A DNA stretch of 64,000 bases from Phoronis australis. Its lineage: Eukaryota; Animalia; Phoronida. This document shows, piece by piece, positions 63,301 to 64,000 of this stretch. How positions within the stretch are numbered: the first letter of the stretch is position 1; each line of letters starts with the position of its first letter. Location of the stretch: positions 451,362 through 515,361 of the forward strand of contig NMRA01000040.1 of NCBI GenBank assembly GCA_002633005.1. Reading direction: 5' to 3'. Position numbers and translations under genes: made by a program. Under the pieces are notes generated by a model. It did not search any database. It was given only the letters and a program-made list of their open reading frames with translations, and had not been told where the DNA came from.

Positions 63301-64000
63301 AACTCACGTAATGCAATCTTGATGACAGAAGTGCTGTCGGGGTGATTTCCAGTGTTGCAGCACCCTTTTATCCATTTGACTAAAAATGCTGTAAGGGCGT
63401 TTTCAGGCAATATGACTCAGCTCGCAAAATTGGAGTGCCAAAGTGGAACTAATGCGAGTTGGCCAAAATCCCAGCTCTCATGTCCAAATTTCAGGAGCAG
63501 CTCGTCATACCCAGCCCTGCTATTTAGTCAGTTAATAATCTAATATGCAACTATTTGCACTCATAAACAGCCGCTCCATGCACTCGACACAAACCCTCTC
63601 AGGAAGAGGGTAACTAGAAGCATCAGAATGTTAACCTAAGCTGTGATTCACAATTTCAAGGAATCTTCCCTTATGGAACGAAATGGTGATAGTAATTTTT
63701 CAACCTCGCCAACCAATCACTGCCTTATGCCAACATGTGTTAACATCCATCTTTCTGTAGTGTGATTTTGCATGGTCTAGTGTAGCTTAACTTTCAAAAA
63801 AAAACAATCATTACGGAACGCGCTCTGTGAAGCTTTTCAGTATTTTGTTGCTATTGCATGTACCGATGTTAAAGTCTAAGAATCCATATTTATTAATGTG
63901 CAGCCATTTTTGTACCTATGATGACTTTTTTAATCCAAGAAGTCTTGAATGATTAATTTTTCTATTGCGACAACTGTGATATCTGTCTGTATTTAGTAAG

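Overview
AT-rich, intron-rich invertebrate animal DNA, probably lophotrochozoan (inference only), with one N-gap at 14459-14864. Four protein-coding genes are visible. (1) RAD50, minus strand: 20 in-frame coding exons from ATG 24258 down to 507, with Walker A, Q-loop and CPVC zinc hook; the gene continues off the left edge. (2) A divergently transcribed E2 conjugating enzyme with two coding exons (30162-32150, +) and an unusual insertion before the catalytic Cys. (3) A three-exon FGF9/16/20-like gene (49163-36536, -) with a very basic C-tail. (4) The first coding exon of a probable mitochondrial protein, tentatively MICU2/3-like (50904-51104, +), head-to-head with the FGF. The most notable non-coding element is a complete 532-bp miniature LTR retrotransposon (TRIM, 27987-28518). 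Its 152-bp LTRs carry a tRNA-like Pol III A/B-box cassette, and it has a tRNA-Ser PBS, a PPT and a 4-bp TSD. Also present: a decaying tandem array made of RAD50 exon sequence, SINEs, many foldback MITEs, a LINE relic and minisatellites. All calls were made by eye without database searches.
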